Shown here in pieces: positions 35,700-37,468 of a stretch of DNA of 37,468 nt. The notes beneath the pieces were generated by a model. It saw only the letters and a program-made list of their open reading frames with translations. It had not been told where the DNA came from and ran no database searches. This DNA is from a virus (lineage: Duplodnaviria; Caudoviricetes), in IMG/VR virus record IMGVR_UViG_3300017774_002464, positions 1 to 37,468 of that record, one strand, 5' to 3'. Every line of letters begins with the position of its first letter. Within the stretch, counting starts at the first letter, position 1. The position numbers were made by a program, and so were the translations under genes.

Positions 35700-36155
35700 A
35701 TGTCTTGGGTCACTATCGCCAGAACCGACTTAGAGCATTACGTCGTGGCGGCACTCGTCACGGCTATTGACTCCGCTTCACTTGGAGACACGCAAACCGA
35801 CCGCTTCACGCGAGTTGGCGACGACGTCGTCAAGCAAGTGCGAATGGCGGTGGCGAGCAACGAAGGCAACACCCTCGACAGTGACGCAACCAAGATCCCG
35901 CAGAGCCTCCGCCCGGACGCGTGCTGGATCATTGCTGGACTCATGGCACAGGGTCTTGGCGTCGAGCTGACGGACCAGCAGGCGAACGAGGTTTCCTATG
36001 CGCGGGATCGCCTCAAAGACGTTGCACGAGGCGACCTATCGGTAGAGGTTCCAGACGCCGAGGATGATACTCCTGACGCTCAATCGGGCGCAGGCGTCGA
36101 GATGGTGGCGGGCGCTACTCCAATTTTCACGCGGGACACAATGGCGGGACTGTAA
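35700..36155 (+). CDS. head-tail connector (Mu gp36/DUF1320-like)
   Basis: IP.SL...AC.I...Y.RD.LKDVARG.LS pattern; follows capsid. Confidence 0.7.
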   Translation: MSWVTIARTDLEHYVVAALVTAIDSASLGDTQTDRFTRVGDDVVKQVRMAVASNEGNTLDSDATKIPQSLRPDACWIIAGLMAQGLGVELTDQQANEVSYARDRLKDVARGDLSVEVPDAEDDTPDAQSGAGVEMVAGATPIFTRDTMAGL

Positions 36156-36158
36156 CTT

Positions 36159-37468
36159 ATGATTCGTCGATTCATCGCTTGGCTCGGGTTTCTTGCGGCG
36201 CTTTGCCTTGTTGGTGAGGCCGCAACGATTGTCGGGCCAATCTACCAGACATATAGTAACCGACCGTACAGCGGGCCGATTCTCATGCGGCCGTTGTCCA
36301 CCCCGCAGGCGAACACGCCTAACCTTCTGACGGGTGGTGATTTCATTGTCAGGACCGATACCAACGGATTGTTCTCAGTCAACCTTCAGCCAGGGAACTA
36401 CCGGGTGCAGGTTGGCGCGGATCGACCGTTCATCATCGACGTTCCGACGAACTCGGCTAGCTACACATTGTTGGAGCGCATCACGAACGCTCTGGCGTGG
36501 AACTCTTCGATCGTCCCGGCCACCAATAGTTACCAGCTTGCGCTCACAACCCGATCTGGAGTCGTCAAGAGTTCATCCGACCAAGCCGACCCCGTCGCGT
36601 GGCTCACGAACGACACGGCGACGATTGGCCGATGGCTTGGCAGCATTTCGGCCCCGACGATTGACGCTCTAATTACCACCACAGCGCCAACCTACGACAT
36701 CCCAAATGTGGAGGTAAACGGATGGTCAACAGACGCCGACGGGCGCGGTGGGAAGTGGTATTACGATTACGGCTCAACAGCATCGACCAACACCGGAATG
36801 ACGGTTGCTTGGGGATCAGGCCGACTCTTCCGAAAATGGAACGGTGAGCCGATCGATATTCAATGGTTCGGAGCGGTGCCAACCAAGGTTGTTGGTGGAA
36901 CAAACTACCCCGCCGGATACTTCGACAACGCTCCCAAGATCAACGCGGCTATCAATTGGGCAAGAAGCCCAAGCTACGGACCCACGGACGTTCGCGCAGC
37001 GGTTGCAATTCCGGCTGGCGACTGGTGGATTTCAACACCAATCACGAACCGATACAGGGTCGATGTGTTCGGCCTTGGGTGCGTGTTTTCGGACAGTGAT
37101 GTACCTACTCACCTTGGAGCTGGAACTTCTGGATTGGTTTCGGGTGCAAGCCGAATCTTTCTCGCGACTGGTGCCAATTGCCCGATGATGGTTTGGGACA
37201 TTTCAGACGGGTATCAGCGTTACACGTTCGCGTCAAATGAGGATTCAATTGGGGGATTTACCAGCACAATCACGATTGCATCGCCGGGTGTAATTACAGC
37301 AACAGGGCACGGCTTGACCGTTGGCCGTCGAGTTGGTTTTTCGACAACCGGCGCTTTGCCAACTGGGATTGCCGCTTCGACTATTTACTACGTCGCGTCG
37401 GTTCCATCGGCTGACACGTTCACCATTTCGGCAACAAGCGGCGGCTCCGCAATCAATACGTCAGGCTC
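36159..37468 (+). CDS. tailspike/receptor-binding protein with N-terminal signal peptide (3' truncated; not in ORF track)
   Basis: Open to window end: MIRRFIAWLGFLAALCLVGEA-A...; DGRGG.WYY, IQWFGA...DNAPKINAAI...V.IPAG.W.I beta-helix cap; ITIASPGVITATGHGL..G...YYV...DTF module. Confidence 0.8.
   Translation, partial: MIRRFIAWLGFLAALCLVGEAATIVGPIYQTYSNRPYSGPILMRPLSTPQANTPNLLTGGDFIVRTDTNGLFSVNLQPGNYRVQVGADRPFIIDVPTNSASYTLLERITNALAWNSSIVPATNSYQLALTTRSGVVKSSSDQADPVAWLTNDTATIGRWLGSISAPTIDALITTTAPTYDIPNVEVNGWSTDADGRGGKWYYDYGSTASTNTGMTVAWGSGRLFRKWNGEPIDIQWFGAVPTKVVGGTNYPAGYFDNAPKINAAINWARSPSYGPTDVRAAVAIPAGDWWISTPITNRYRVDVFGLGCVFSDSDVPTHLGAGTSGLVSGASRIFLATGANCPMMVWDISDGYQRYTFASNEDSIGGFTSTITIASPGVITATGHGLTVGRRVGFSTTGALPTGIAASTIYYVASVPSADTFTISATSGGSAINTSG

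Overview
Nearly complete, apparently circularly permuted genome of a tailed dsDNA phage. Both window ends fall inside genes, and every gene I can support lies on the + strand. Gene order: exported/lysis-type small genes, Mu gpF/gpG-like and siphophage tail module (1-11.4 kb); a repeated promoter-cargo-terminator cassette region (11.4-13.0 kb); an early/replication operon with two DNA methyltransferases, RecT/RecE-like proteins, MazG-like, HNH, initiator plus DnaC-like loader and two SSBs (13-27.7 kb); TerS, an unusual double-ATPase TerL, and a Mu-like head module (DUF935-type portal, protease/scaffold, decoration protein, capsid, gp36-like connector); then a signal-peptide-bearing tailspike running off the right end. 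No integrase, transposase, CI-type repressor, endolysin, tRNA or CRISPR array is recognisable. A Verrucomicrobiota-like host is an inference from TN-rich exported proteins and SD-poor A-rich starts. Best leads: the tandem cassette array with a duplicated, heavily recoded Cys-rich gene; a TerL fused from two terminase families; Sec-exported virion-type proteins enriched in Thr-Asn; a leader-peptide/pseudoknot element in front of the replication genes; a recurrent hydrophobic-x-N-[E/D] candidate maturation motif; and several structured intergenic RNAs. Family names come from motif recognition by eye, not database searches.
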